A stretch of DNA of 58,956 nucleotides, counting the filler. It is 4 parts of 4 records of this genome, joined end to end, with 100 filler letters (N's around TTAATTAATTAA, not from the genome) between each part and the next. Parts side by side here need not be neighbours in the genome. Positions count along the whole stretch, not along the records: positions 39,979 to 58,956 come from SRR22947727_133; 3 more parts are not named here. One strand, 5' to 3'. Under the pieces are notes generated by a model, which was given only the letters and a program-made list of their open reading frames with translations, had not been told where the DNA came from and searched no databases. The stretch's first letter is position 1. Each line of letters opens with the position of its first letter. Below, in pieces: positions 58,956 to 58,956 of this stretch. The position numbers were made by a program, and so were the translations under genes.

Positions 58956-58956
58956 T

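Overview
This window is not one locus. It is four unrelated contigs joined by three artificial 100-bp linkers (N44-TTAATTAATTAA-N44 at 25312-25411, 32290-32389 and 39879-39978). Taxonomic labels below are inferred from gene content and AT-richness. Contig 1 (1-25311) looks like a streamlined marine gammaproteobacterium (SAR86-like). It carries housekeeping genes (prpB, queH, thrH, lexA with an SOS box, topA, pyrD, galU, nadK), acyl-CoA catabolism including an Atu-like carboxylase/AtuA cluster, and a secreted MsrA-thioredoxin-MsrB fusion. Contig 2 (25412-32289) is SAR11-like core (maeB, BON, rsmI, LppC-like, rdgB, grpE, dnaK). Contig 3 (32390-39878) is betaproteobacterial, OM43/Methylophilaceae-like core (secA, M23, DciA, TauE, K+-independent H+-PPase, TspO-like, Bax, purC, pgk). 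Contig 4 (39979-58956) is a SAR11-like accessory region with three superfamily-1 helicases, a convergent type II-like restriction-modification pair, a membrane operon (TerB, DUF2167-like, PrsW, DUF805), the ATP-synthase zeta inhibitor and a run of unannotated microproteins. Two signals stand out. The first is a ~270-nt highly structured non-coding segment (about 47986-48253), with mutually exclusive stems, two CGUAAA-capped hairpins and an RBS-occluding hairpin, that heads two orphan ORFs and a TM0106-family nuclease-helicase. The second is a 57-bp direct repeat encoding paralogous hydrophobic micropeptides that brackets 14.5 kb of the island. No rRNA, tRNA, CRISPR array, integrase or transposase was recognised.
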